Below the pieces are notes generated by a model, which searched no databases, was not told the origin of the DNA, and saw nothing but the letters and a program-made list of their open reading frames with translations. Of a DNA stretch of 64,000 bases, positions 39,714 through 52,454 are shown in pieces; the first letter of the stretch is position 1, and each line of letters opens with the position of its first letter. This DNA is from Octopus sinensis (Eukaryota), in NCBI RefSeq assembly GCF_006345805.1, contig NC_042997.1, positions 57,598,001 to 57,662,000 on the forward strand, in the 5' to 3' direction. The translations under genes and the position numbers were made by a program.

Positions 39714-40140
39714 AGCTGTGTGGTTAAGAAGCTCATTTTACAACCATGCAGTTTTGGGTTCAGTCTCACTGTGCAGCACCTTGGTCATGAATCTTCTATT
39801 ATAGCTTTTGGACAAACAATGCATTGTGAGTGGGTTTGATAGACAGAAACTGTAAGGAAGTCCATAATATGTATTGTATATATGTACATAAAAAGGGGTA
39901 CACATGCATGTGCACATGTGTGTGTGCAAGCATGCACATATGTGTGTGTCCCACCACCACTTGACAACTGGTGTTTGTTTGTTTACATTCCTGTATCTTA
40001 GCAGTTCAGCAAAAAAGAACAATACAGTAAGTACTAGACTTCAAAAATAAGTACTGGGGTCAATTTCTCTGAATAAAATTTTCAAGGTGGTAACCTCAGC
40101 ATGGCCATAGTCTAATGAGTGAAACAAATAAAAGATAAAA
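39714..40140 (+). mobile_element. Family B CORE-like SINE, near full length
   Basis: Head GCTGTGTGGTTAAGAAGC (A-box-like) and GGGTTCAGTC (B-box-like), CACCTTGG core, internal TG repeat, and 3' CAGCATGGCC...GAAACAAATAAAAG. Confidence 0.7.
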
Positions 40141-40271
40141 AAAAGCAAAGATCTTAGATAAAGAAGATATGCATATTGCAAGTCAACACTTTTCAAGTAG
40201 ATTTACAAATGTAGGAAAACATGGTAAAAGAATTATTCAAACTATTTCAATTATAGTCATCTCGTCTATAT

Positions 40272-41737
40272 CAGTGATTCCCAACGTGATCCCTGGGGCC
40301 CACTGGTGGTCCCCAGAGAATTCATAGCCATAAAAAAAATTGAAGCCATTTCAGATCTGTTATTCATTAAAAGTTTGTCTGAAACTACTAATGGAGAAGA
40401 TATATTCAATGAAGTAATGCAGTATTTTAATGATAAAAATATTCCATTGACTAATTTGATCAACATTGCATCAGATAGAGCTGCAGCCATGACTGGAAAA
40501 GTGAAAGGCTTTGTTTCTAGAATGAAATCAGTTGCTCCTCACATTTTTTATGTACATTGCATTATCCACAGACAGTATTTGGTTGCTAAGAATATTGGAG
40601 GACACATGGAAGAAGCACTCAACACTGCCATACATGCAATTAACTTTGTCAAATCAAACTCAGTAAATAATAGATTTTTTATGCAATTCTGTGAAGATGA
40701 AGATTTGAAAACCCTGTTGCTTCACACAGAAGTAAGATGGTTGTCAAAAGGCCTGAGCCTTGAAAGACTAGTGAATTTGTAGGAACAATTAATCAACTTT
40801 CTCATGTTCAAGAGTCAGATGACTCAATACAACTCCAAGAAGCAAGTTGATACAGTTAAGAAAATTTTGGAAAGTCTTTCTGAGTTTAAATCAAAAATAT
40901 TCTACTTGAGTGATATTTTTAAAACAGTGAATCTGCTTAACTTAGAGCTGCAAGGTAGAAAATCAGATTTGGTCACCTGTTCTCAGAAGATAAAAGGGTA
41001 GATGGGGAAATTAAAATTTTGGAAAAAACAGTTTGAAAAAAAAATTTGGCATCATTTCAAAATTTTAACACCACTGTTCCTACATCAGAATGCAGTGCTG
41101 CATGCATTGCCCATCTTGAAGGTCTTCATGTAGACTTTGAGAGAAGATACAATGATTTATTAAAGGCGGACTATCCACTCTGGAGATGAAAATTTTGAGT
41201 TGGCTGAAACATTGTTGGATTTGAAAAAGAATATGAAACTGAGAAGAGTTGAAAAAGAAGATGTCATTGCCTACATAAAGGAAATATTCGTAGAAGCAAG
41301 CATCATATTTTTCCCTACCACATGGATGGTAGAATCTGCATTTTCAGCTGTTGTAGATATTTTAAGTAGAAAAAGAAATAAATTAGATGACAACAGCAGA
41401 GGAACTATCAGACTAAGACATAATGAGTTCATTGAAATTGATTATGATATCTTGCGTCAGAAACACCAATATCAAGCTAGTCACTAGCCCTAAAAATGAA
41501 CGACTTTATGAAAAAGGATTTTGATAGCTTGTGTTTATCTTTGTTTACTAAAATAAATTTTAAATTTTATCTTTTGTTTGCTAAAATAAATTTTAAAATG
41601 TAAATAGACTATTTTGTCTTTTCATTAAGTATTTTAGTGTGAAAATAGAACAGCATAAAGTAAAAGTAGAAGTGGTCCCTAGAAATTTTTTCAAGTAAAA
41701 AAATGGTCCCTGGGCTGAAAAAGGTCAGGAACCACTG
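40272..41737 (+). mobile_element. Internally deleted Charlie/Buster-type hAT transposon (1466 bp)
   Basis: Perfect 8-bp TSD GTCTATAT (40264-40271 and 41738-41745). TIRs CAGTGATTCCCAAC / GTCAGGAACCACTG. Subterminal TGGTCCC motifs. Confidence 0.93.
40330..41487 (+). pseudogene. Charlie/Buster (ZBED5/SCAND3-like) transposase pseudogene lacking its N-terminal half
   Basis: TTNGEDIF, ASDRAAAMTG, HCIIHRQ, LLLHTEVRWLSKG, FYLSDIF..NLLNLELQG and FPTTWMVESAFS. Confidence 0.9.
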
Positions 41738-41789
41738 GTCTATATTATGGAACATTGTCCATGGATGGAAAAAATATACTTGTAGTCAT

Positions 41790-43200
41790 AAATTAAGGAG
41801 CAGCATGTGTCATGATTGGATTTAGTAAAGATATTAACTGTAAGCATCAGTTGTGTTACATATAAGGATTACATTTAGCTGGTTGTGATTTTCCTTACAA
41901 GAAACCTGAAGGAAACTGTGATGAGGCAAACAATGCTAATAAATGTGAGTGTACATTTGAAGATGATCAAAATGTGGTTAAAATATTATGTATTATGCAT
42001 TGCAGTAGACCATTTCACTGAAGTAAATTCAAGCATTGATAATGTCATGTAAAAATGTGAGACTGATTGTCACTTTATTTCATAGGTCTCCAATTAAAAG
42101 ATGAAATATTTCAGAAATCTCTTAAAGAGGACCATGACTATGAATTGCAATTAATCACTGATACTAAGGGAAGGTGGAATAGTTATTTGCAATGATTTGC
42201 AATGTTCCTTAACACTCTAGCATTCATACTACTCTGTCAAATGTAATGTTTATTTATTCACATTGTTTTGAATTAATCATGAATCATATAGCTTTGAGAT
42301 ATCGATAATGTGACTGTTTATTTTTAGAATGACAATGTAGAGTTGATATGAAGGGCTGAACCTGGCCAGTTTGAACAAAAAAAACTGATAGAATATTTGG
42401 GCCAGATATGGCTAGTTTGAATGCGGAGGGGTTAGAAGCTGCAAAAGTTATAACCAACATGAAGTAACCGCTTGACTTTTCACACAATGAATTTAATGCT
42501 GTTCTTGCTGTTATATAAGCATTATCCAGTTAAAATTGGAATATAAAAACTAGATTGAAGGGATGAAGAAATGCAACCTTGATCTCTGCAGAAGGTATAT
42601 TTATTTTTTATTCTACAAGTGAACTGAAAAATACTTCAATGTGCCTCTCGATGAGAGAATGCATCAGGAAAAGAATTTGAACAGCAAAGAAATAAATGTT
42701 TAATAGAATGATGAAGTATTTAAATACTCCTCTTTTAATTTTGATTACATGACTCCTTTCTAATTTTGTCATTAGAAACTTCATTGCAAAATACTGCAAA
42801 GAAACCATATGAAAGAATGTTTGCTCATCACAATGTCAGAAGAATCTCCTACACCCCATTCTGAAACTGACCCTATAATAAATAAAGCCTCCACTCCTTC
42901 AAAACAAATATCTCTATAACAGAGATTAAATATTGCCATTAACAAAGCTGTTGTAAATCAACAAAGGATACTCAATCATCTTCTGATCCAAAAACATTAT
43001 TAAAGAGAAGAGATGTGAAAATACTTGAAATTACAGGACACAGAACTTGTAGAAACTCTTGCTTGTCCTCAGTACCAATCTTTCTGTTTCCACCAGATCA
43101 GAAGGGACTCTTTGTTATAAAACTGAGTGACAACACCATCAAGAATTTATGCTTCTAGAAACAATACTATCACTCTGAGTGAAAGAAGTTTTAGTATTCA
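41790..43200 (+). pseudogene. Old, highly decayed hAT transposase relic interrupted by a MITE
   Basis: Fragments HQLCY..GLHLA.CD (~41845), D...RWNS (~42160) and SERSFS (~43180) occur in hAT order. Confidence 0.5.
42209..42436. mobile_element. piggyBac-like MITE copy, opposite orientation to 13713-13933
   Basis: TTAACACTCTAGCATTC...GAATGCGGAGGGGTTAG, with internal homology to the reverse complement of 13713-13933. Confidence 0.7.
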
Positions 43201-44643
43201 GAAAGAAAAAAAAATTTTGTTGTAAATTGTCAGTAATTTCTACACAAGCACAATTTTTTTATGGAATAAATCTTGATGTTTCTTGCTTTAGAGTGTTCAA
43301 AACTCTAAATCATTAAATAAGAGCATTTGAAAATAAAAATAAACTAGGGTTTACTACTACGAATCTGGGGTGAAAGTAATGATTATTTGGATTGAAAGGG
43401 AGCTTCACTTGAACAGTATCTGAACTGCAAAAGGAGCTTATAACTATAGTAATATGGCAACACAGAAATAAAATTGTTTCAGTTTTGGCAGTTAAGTATA
43501 CATTAATAAATACAACCAAAGAAGGAAGGTAATAAAGTTGATCCCTACCCTTTTTCCCCCCACCAAAAAAATGAATGGTACAAAAATAGTGGCACATGAA
43601 ATACCATGAACAAAATGTTAATTTATGAAAATATTGATGAGATGTCTTAAAATTTTCCTCTATATTATTTAGCTTTTTATTTTACCCTTTAACAAGCATT
43701 TTTGTTCCATGCAAATAGGGAAATTGCATTGCATTTAAAATATGCATTACTGGAGCAATTGTTAAAGCTGGATGCTATTCAGTTGTAAATTAAAAGGGTT
43801 TTTTTCTTAATTGGCTTAGATATATTTTCAATGTTTTAATAAATATGATGTTTAACTTATTTATTTATTCATTCAATAAATTTGAGCATTTGCATATTAT
43901 TAAAGGTACTTTATGTAGGAAGGGGGTCTTTCATTTTTCTGATCACTTAAAAGTGAATGAAAGTAAATGTTCTCAGGTGAAGTGGTAATACAATAGTATT
44001 GAGATTGTAGTGATCAATAGATTGCCTTTTAACCTTAAAACTTTTAGGATCAAATGATAACAACTATTGTAATGGAAATTGCTTAGATACATAACCTATC
44101 TTATTTCATTCATTTTAACATCTATTTTCCTATACTATCATGGGTTAGATGAATATATCATTGAGGCATTGTTTCACAACTAGATGTTCTGCTTATCACT
44201 AACGCTTATCTGCTTATCAATCAAGCAAGGGTTGTTTTTGTCTCATATGTCTTTGAAGGCAAGCAGGCAATTTGTTGACAAACGAAGTGACAATAAAAGC
44301 ATCACTTGCAGCAAGCGAGTTTCATAGATTCCAAATGTAAACAAGCACATATGCACACACACACTCCTGCAAGCATGTGCATGCACACACACACACACAC
44401 ACATTCACCCATACACAAAATCCACTCACAAGGCTTTGGTTAGCCTAAGACTATAGTATAAAACACCTGCCCAGAGTGCCGTACAGTGAGACTGGACCTG
44501 ATACCATATAGTTTGGAGGCAAACTTCTTAACCATACATCTAAGAAGTTAAAGAATCTCTTATATCAACTACATTACATAACCTGAGACTCACTTTCATA
44601 TTAGCAATCTCTTGTTATCAAATGACTATTTTCATCTATCTAT

Positions 44644-44695
<52 letters not shown>

Positions 44696-44705
44696 TATAT
44701 TATTC

Positions 44706-45050
44706 TCATCATCCTCATTGTTTAACGTTTTCTTTCCATGCTGGCATGGGTTGGATGGTTTGACTGAGGACTGGCAAGCTCCAATCTGATCTGGCAAGGT
44801 TTCTGCCCTTTCTAACGCCAACTGCTCAGTGAGTTTAGTGGGTGCTTTTTTTACGTGCCACCGACATGGGAGCCAGTCAGGCAGCACTGGCATCGACCAC
44901 GCTTGAATGGTGTTTTTTGCATGCCACCAGTACTAGCATCAGCCATGCTCAAATGTTGCTTTTTACGTGCCACCAGCACAGGTGCCAGCACTGACATAGG
45001 TCACGACTACGATTTCACTTGACTCAACAGGTCTTCTCATGCACAGCATA
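44706..45050 (-). mobile_element. Family A SINE copy with degenerate internal tandem units
   Basis: TTTAACGTTTTCTTTCCATGCTGGCATGGGTTGG plus repeated TTTTACGTGCCACC units. Confidence 0.72.
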
Positions 45051-45779
45051 TTGCCTGGCAATTGAGTGAGAGTTAACAGATGAGATGAAGAAAATTTTTA
45101 CATAGAAAACACTTAGTAGCACTCAAAAGATTTGAACTTACACTCCAAAATCTTTACTGAGAACCAAGAAAGCTGGGTAAAGAGTGGTTATAAAGGGAAT
45201 TCAAGTGAGCAGATATGGAGACAATGATGCAAATAAACAGAAAAAAACTCCTTGGATTTGATGTACAGAATATATACACATGTATTCCTGTAAATAAAGA
45301 AAGGGCAAAGACTGAAAGATGTTCAGATGATTAACATTCAAGTATAAATATATATTTACATATATATTGACAGAGCAAACTTACATTATATGGACTCAAA
45401 GAATTAGAGGGGAGAAAACATGGTGTTAAAAGCCTGACAGCTGTTTCTAGGGGTGCAGAGTAACTTTGTAATGTTGGCAGATATAGTTCACCATTACAAC
45501 TAGTAATGGAAACAAACAAACATTGGAAAAAAACCCAACCTCCTTCTTCACAGTAGAGAGAAAAGAATCTAAACTAGGCAAACTGAATAGTCTGTCCATG
45601 ACTATACATAAGATAGTGTAAAAATCAACTGCTGGTATGTCCAGCTGATGCATACATAGGAATAAATTCATATATGAATTACAAGCAGTGCTAGTGTAGT
45701 AAACATTACTGAACACACATACTCAATGTATGTACTTTGTTTGCCAGTAGGCTGCAATTTAAGGGTAACAAGTTCATAT

Positions 45780-45897
45780 GAACTTATTCTTTGTAAGCCT
45801 AGTACTTATTCTATCGGCCCCTTCTGCTAAACTGCTAAGTTACAGGGACGTAAACACACCGACATCTGTTGTCAAGAAATGTGAGGGGACAAACACA

Positions 45898-45931
<34 letters not shown>

Positions 45932-46062
45932 ACAGGCTTCTTTCAGTTTCTGTCAACCAAATCCACTATAGAAGACACTTGCCTAAGGTGCCATGCTGTG
46001 GGACTGAGCCAGAAACCATGTTGTTGAGAAGCAAGCTTCTTACCACACAGCCACACTGTGCC
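45780..46062 (-). mobile_element. Family B SINE
   Basis: GTACTTATTCTATCGG...(CA)n...GAAGACACTTGCCTAAGGTGCC...CTTCTTACCACACAGCCAC. Confidence 0.72.
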
Positions 46063-46579
46063 TATATATATATATATTATATATATATATATATATATAT
46101 TTACTATTTGACTTTTGCAAGCTGTATAACAGTATTTTATTTGTTTCCTTGAAATTTCTATTTTACATATTATCTTTAGGTATTGCATTTGTATGTAGAG
46201 TTAGATAAGCAATTGTAAAAATTATATAAATGTTAATTGTTGTTTTCTTTCTAAATAAAAAAAAAATCAAACAAAACAAGATTTCACTTTAATTGTTGAA
46301 GTCTAAAAAGTATTGTGAACAATGGTTCAGATAAAACATCCTACTGCTACAAAGATAAGAAGAAAAAATTGAGATTAGGTAAAAGAAAATTATGCATTTC
46401 AGACAGTCAAGGAGACATTTTTATTCATTAGCAGTCATTCAAAGAGATACCGTTGTTCAATAGTGGCCATTGAATCTGGCATCGTTCTTCATTAGTAAAC
46501 ATTCAAGGAGACCTCAATGTTCTGTTGTAGCCAATCTTATTATGCATTTAAATATCATGGAAGGTAAAATACCTAATAG

Positions 46580-46895
46580 ATTTTTACTTGTTTCAGTCAT
46601 TGAACTTCAGCCATGCTGGGGCACCACCTTGAAGGGTTTAGCTGAACAAATTGACCCAAGGACTTATTATTTTTTTAAGCCTGGTACTTACTCTATTTAA
46701 TCTCTTTTTGCTGAACTGCTATAATACAGGGATATAAACAAACCAACACCAGTTGTCAAGCAGAAGGGACAAATACATTCACACACACACACACATACAT
46801 GATGGACCTCTTTCAGTTTCTAACTACCAAATCTGCTCACAAAGATTTGGATGGCTCAGGTCTATAGTAGAAGACATACTCGAGTGGGACTGAAC
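46580..46895 (-). mobile_element. Family B SINE
   Basis: CTTGTTTCAGTCATT...CCATGCTGGGGCACCACC...TATAGTAGAAGACA. Confidence 0.68.
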
Positions 46896-49284
46896 CCTGG
46901 TCCAGTAGTTCACTGATACCACATGTTTTTATAACACAAAGTTAGAGAAATTTGTTCTCCAAGATAAAATCTTGCAGCAAATGCTATTCACATTCTAGTG
47001 TGCAGGAACATGTTAAAAATATGTACATATCACTATATATATACATGTGTGTGTAAGGGGAGAGATAGTATTTAATTTTCTGTGTTTCAACCAAACTAAA
47101 AAAAAGTCATATTCATATCTCCAATAAACAACATCTCATAACTTTGCATTTTGTGAGGACAAGTTCAATAAGAAAATCCCTCACTTGAAAAACAGGTAAG
47201 GGTTGACATCAGAAAGGCAATCCAGCTATAAAATACTGCCTCAAATAAGTTTTCGTCTAAGCCGTGTCAACATGGAAAAGTCAACATACAAATGAACAAA
47301 TGAATTATAAGTACCACTAGTTGTTTTTTGCATTACTCCATAAAAAAAAGAAACCCAGCTCAACAGGCATAGAAGGATTTACTAGAACTGCTAGCAGAGA
47401 AATTATATTATTTGATTCATCAGGAAGGATATCCAGCTATAAAATATGCCAAAGCAGACATTAGAGCCTGCCAGCTCCTGTCAAACTGTCCAACCCATCC
47501 CAGCATAGAAAACAGATTTTAAATGATGATGATGTCTCAAATTCCTCTGACACTATACTTAAACTTTTTTATTGATCGTACTCCCAGCAAAACTATAAAT
47601 TTATGGACCTTTCTTCTTCAAATACACAAAAACAATAACAATTAGGCCTTAAAATACTGTCAACCAACATAAAGAAAATATGAACATAATCTTTGTCCCC
47701 CAAAAATTATTATTTACACAAACTAAACAATTTAGTTTTGTTTTTGTTTAATTCAAATCACTACATTTAATGATCTTCAACAAGATTTCAATGACTAAGA
47801 AGAAGATTCTTTTCCCTGTTATATTTCAATAATAAACTTCCTTCTGTCAGTAACCCAAACTACTACTATGCTGATGAGACAGCATTTCTTTTTTTAACTG
47901 GGCCTAGAAAGCTTCCATACTGTCATTCAACCTGCTAGAAACAGCAGCCATATCTCCAACAAATCACACACTGCCAGCTTAAAAACAAGGATCCATAGGA
48001 TGTTGTAGTCTTAGGTACATTATGTGTGAAAAAAAAAAATGGGACAGATAGCTCTGATCGAGCAGACCTGGGGTTAAACAATAATAACAGTTACCTTTAG
48101 AATACTGTTGAACAATATTGAGAAAAATATGAACATAATCTAATGTCTCAAAAAAAAAAAATATCTTACACAAATTAAAATTTCGTCTTGTTGCAGAAGA
48201 ATAAGCATTTAAATATTTAAATTTCAAAATCCTTCAACACCAAATTATGGTTCATCAACTCTTGAGAGAATTTAGAGCATTAGTGATAAGTTTTACTAAA
48301 CCACTAAGTATACTGATTGTTTGAAATCATTGAAACAAAATAGTAGTTATAAATAAAAGAATATCAGCAAATAAGCAAAAAGCAGACTGTAATGGTAAAA
48401 AATGTTTTAGAAAACTGAAATATGTATCAATTTTTAAAATAAATATCAAGAGCCCCCCCCCCCCCCAACTGTCTCAATCTATTATCATGCAAAAAATGTC
48501 AAGTAGGTATAGCCTAGCTTAACAGCTTCTTTCCTATTACTTTCTTCCATCAGAAATAATCAATTCTATAGTTCCTCTAAAAGCTGTTAGTTGAATTGAT
48601 GCCAGTAGACTAGCCAGGAATCTTTATTTTAACTTAAACAATGAATGTCAGAAGCTCCATATTTTGATGGAAAATAATGAAAGGACAAATGATTTGATGC
48701 AAAAATAATTCATGTTCTTAAAAACATTAGAACTAGTAACATTCAAGAACTGAGAATCTCTATTAAATAATAGCTATGTTGAGAGGAAGAAAAGCTGGTT
48801 CAGAGCATCAATCAAAATCATTGCAGTTTATTCTGAAGTGAATTTTGATCAAATGATCAATACAGAAAACTGGAAATCAATTGCATACTGGATCTTACAG
48901 AGTCAGCAGCAACAGTGACAAGCATGAAAATACCTGTGCAGAAATGAAAGAACTTGTTCCTGCCGATCTATGAAATAAGCTGAAATTTTAGAAGCATTTG
49001 AAATGAGTGGAAAATGAAAAGTGAGAAGACTTTAAAAGAATAAAAATATTTCTTTTAATATTTGGTTTTTGTATTTTGATGTGAACTTAGAGCATATCAT
49101 TGATGTTATGGATGAGGTCATGAATGGCAATGAAAGGACTTTGACAAAACTAGCTGACTGATTGACTGACTGAATGATCAATAAAACAATTGATTAGTTA
49201 ATTGGTTAAATGTTGACCAATTATCAATTTGATTGATTGATTCTAGTTTCAGCTCACGAGCTGTGGCCATGCTGGGGCACCGCC

Positions 49285-49615
49285 ATTTTCTGTTGTTCAA
49301 CTCATCAAAATGAAAGAAAATTTTAAAGGAATATTTTGTTCTGTATGGGAGGGTCAATATATCACTAATAAAGATATGCACTGAGTTTGATTTGTTAATT
49401 AATAATAAGAATCTTTTCTCCTCAAGGTTTGAAATTTTGGAAGGAGGTGCTACATTGCCCCCAGTGCTCAACTGGTACTTGTTTTATTGACTCTAAAAAG
49501 ATGACAGATAAAGTCAACCTTGGCAGCATTTGAACTCAGAACATAATGACAGAAGAAAATGCTGCTAAACATTTTGTCTGGCAAACTAACGATTCTGCCA
49601 GCTTACCGCCTTGAC

Positions 49616-49653
<38 letters not shown>

Positions 49654-49734
49654 GTGATATATTGACCCTCCCATACAGAACAAAATATTCCTTTTAAATT
49701 TTCTTTCATTTTGATGAGTTGAACAACAGAAAAT
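49285..49734. repeat. 83-bp near-perfect inverted repeat (arms 49285-49367 and 49652-49734)
   Basis: Arms are reverse complements with one mismatch. The spacer holds a family C SINE and an (AAT)n run. Confidence 0.92.
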
Positions 49735-51787
49735 TTGTGAAGAATTTTTAAATGCAGTATGTAACTGAATAAATATTGTTTTATTCATGATGTTGATCCA
49801 AAGATGAGAAAATTATATTCTCATACAACCTGTTATTTAATAACAACAGTAAATATAAAAAGAATTAAATTAATTTCCCTGTCACATTAATGTATATAAA
49901 TTTGAAAATTCTTAAAAATTATAATTTTTCATATATCTATTTAAGCTTATTTTAACAAAATTGGGCCTTACATGACTGAGCATATTGGGTATTGAGCAAT
50001 GAACAAAAGGTTTCATGGTTAGCAAATATAATACACAAGAAAAACACTTGAAAACTGAGTCATTAGAGAGGTTATGAGATATTTTAACTGAAGAATATTA
50101 CACTACCTTCAATTGCAAAGCAAGCAATAACATAAAACAGGCAGAAAAATATTTAAGTATTCCATCAAAGTCTTGAGAGATAAAATATGATCTGATCTTC
50201 AAATGTCAACTATATTTAAATAAAGCAGAATTCAACTCACAATAACAAGATACACACATTATATCAGAGATTTTGATCTTAGTATAATTCTAAGGATTCA
50301 TAGAAAAATAAATCATATTACAGATGAATTTAGGTTAGACACTGCTTAATTTGCTTTTGTGTCTCTAAATGAAAATCTAGTGATCGCAAGTGAGGAAAAT
50401 ATGTAATTGTAGAGCATGAGGTTCAACAATTCAGCCAAAGGTTTTGAATCAAAAAGTCATCAAACTCATACTAACGTAAATATGTTGAAAATAAATAAAG
50501 TTTATAAATGCAATCTTATGAGAAGATTTGTCCAAGAATTGTAGAGGATTGAAGCCAAACTAAATGTCCCAGTTAATAGTATAAAACAGTGTGCATCATT
50601 TGTATGTCATGAGGGATTGGCAATAGAAACTAACCAGAAGTTCACTGTTTTATATTGCTATCTGAGAATAACAGCACTGCTGGTTACAGGTTTCCAATGC
50701 ATTTAACACTTACTCATTGTATTTCTTACAGGGTAACTAACAAGGGAATATTTTCAATTTGATGCAAATGAGTTTGTTCTTGTAGAGGCCCTTGTTCTAA
50801 GAGTACTAGTTTTTCACTTATGTTTACGTGCTTCACTGATATGTATGTATACATATTTATATATATAGCATCCATGCTTGCACAGACTAGACAGAATTTG
50901 TTGTTGAGGTAGATTTTTTTATGGCCAGATGCCCTTCCTGTTGCTAACTCCCACTTATTTCCAAGTAAGGTAATATTTTCCCCATGACCAGACATTTTGG
51001 CTAGATATATAACATAAGACAACACTGAGACATATGAACAGGCACTGTAATGCAGATCCATCTAACCACTGCTAGCACAGAAAAGTGAGCATTAATATTG
51101 ACTACTAACACTGGTTGAAGACAACAAAATTATGAGGAAGATACAGTGGATTAAATCAAACCAGTACTTGATAGGTCCTTTACTTTATGGACACAGTAAG
51201 AATGAAAGGCCAAATTGACCTTAGTAAGATTTGAACTCTTAATATAAAGGGTGATAGATAAATACACCAAGGCATTTTGTCTGACACTATAACTTTGCTA
51301 ATCCACTATCATTTATATACGATAAATAATGACAATTATATTTATTTTAAAAGCTGCCCCTCCAGCCATCAAAACTCTTCAACAGTTACCAGTTGATAGC
51401 ATCAGGAAAAACATGGATAATGTGGTATTTCCAAAGGATTGACATTCTAAGGAAGAACTGGACTTAGTGGTTAGTGCAGGGTGGTGTAAGATGAAGAGAG
51501 ATGATGGTTTCAATATTCCTGATAGGAGATGGCCTGAGACTAGCCAGCTTCATAGAACAGAGACCACTGTAGTACAGGTGGAAAAGATAGAAGAGGAAGC
51601 AACATTCTTGTGGACCAAATATTTGGAGTGTGTTTATGATAAATAACAAACTGATACACTTTTATTTTTATTTTTGTTTAGATATAATACAAAAGAATAG
51701 ATAATGACCTAAAGTATAAATACAAAAACAAATACTTTTGCTTTAAAAGCTTATATTTCATACATCTCATGTTGTAACATAAAACAA

Positions 51788-52005
51788 GGCAGCGAGCAGG
51801 TAGAATTGATTCTGCACAGGACAAAATGTTTAGCAGCATTTCTTCTGGCTTTATGTACTGAGTTCAAATTCTGTCAAGAGCAACTTTGCCTTTCATCCTT
51901 TTGGGTGTCAATAAAATATGTACTAGTTGATGACTGGAGGTCAATGTAATCAATTCACTCCCTCCTTTACAATTGCTAGACTTGTGCCAAATTTTTGAAA
52001 CCATT
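51788..52005 (+). mobile_element. tRNA-derived SINE with Nin/Deu-like central domain (family C)
   Basis: B-box-like GAGTTCAAATTC followed by CTTTGCCTTTCATCCTTT..GTCAATAAAAT. Confidence 0.65.
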
Positions 52006-52098
52006 ATGTCATAGGATAGTCATGTACAATTTAATGAACAGTAACAGGAACTGAAAAATAGCATATCAAAAACAAGATAATGATTTTTTCTATAAGCA

Positions 52099-52454
52099 CT
52101 AGCAGTATCGCCCGGCGTTGCTCGGGTTTGTTTCGACCCGCTGGAATTGTAATTTTGAAAAGTAAAAATTTTGTGAACATTTTTCTGGTCGAAATACACC
52201 GAAAAGTGGCGACACAGCAGTGAAAAAATCGTAAAAAATAGAGATTTTCATAGAAAAAAGCAGCTTTTTGATGTAAATAATTTTTGGTGTTAACATGTCC
52301 GATTTGAATTTTATGTTCTACGGAAGGAAGAGCAACCCTCTTCTATCATACTTTCAATTTTGGTCAACTTGCGCTGCAGGGTCTCGGAGGAGATAGTGTT
52401 AGTGAAGGTTACCAAACGTGGACGCACACAGACAACTTCAGCTTTATATAGAGA
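52099..52454 (-). mobile_element. Non-autonomous Helitron (356 bp)
   Basis: Minus strand: A|TCTCTATATAAAG 5' end, 3' hairpin CCCGAGCAACGCCGGG, then CTAG|T. No TSD. CpG-rich. Confidence 0.8.

Noticed and set aside
39714-39790. tRNA-like A/B boxes
   Set aside because: These are SINE heads with no cloverleaf, so no tRNA gene is called.
48600-49130. Possible additional Charlie-like transposase relic (AMLRGRKAG)
   Set aside because: Too decayed to assign without alignment.
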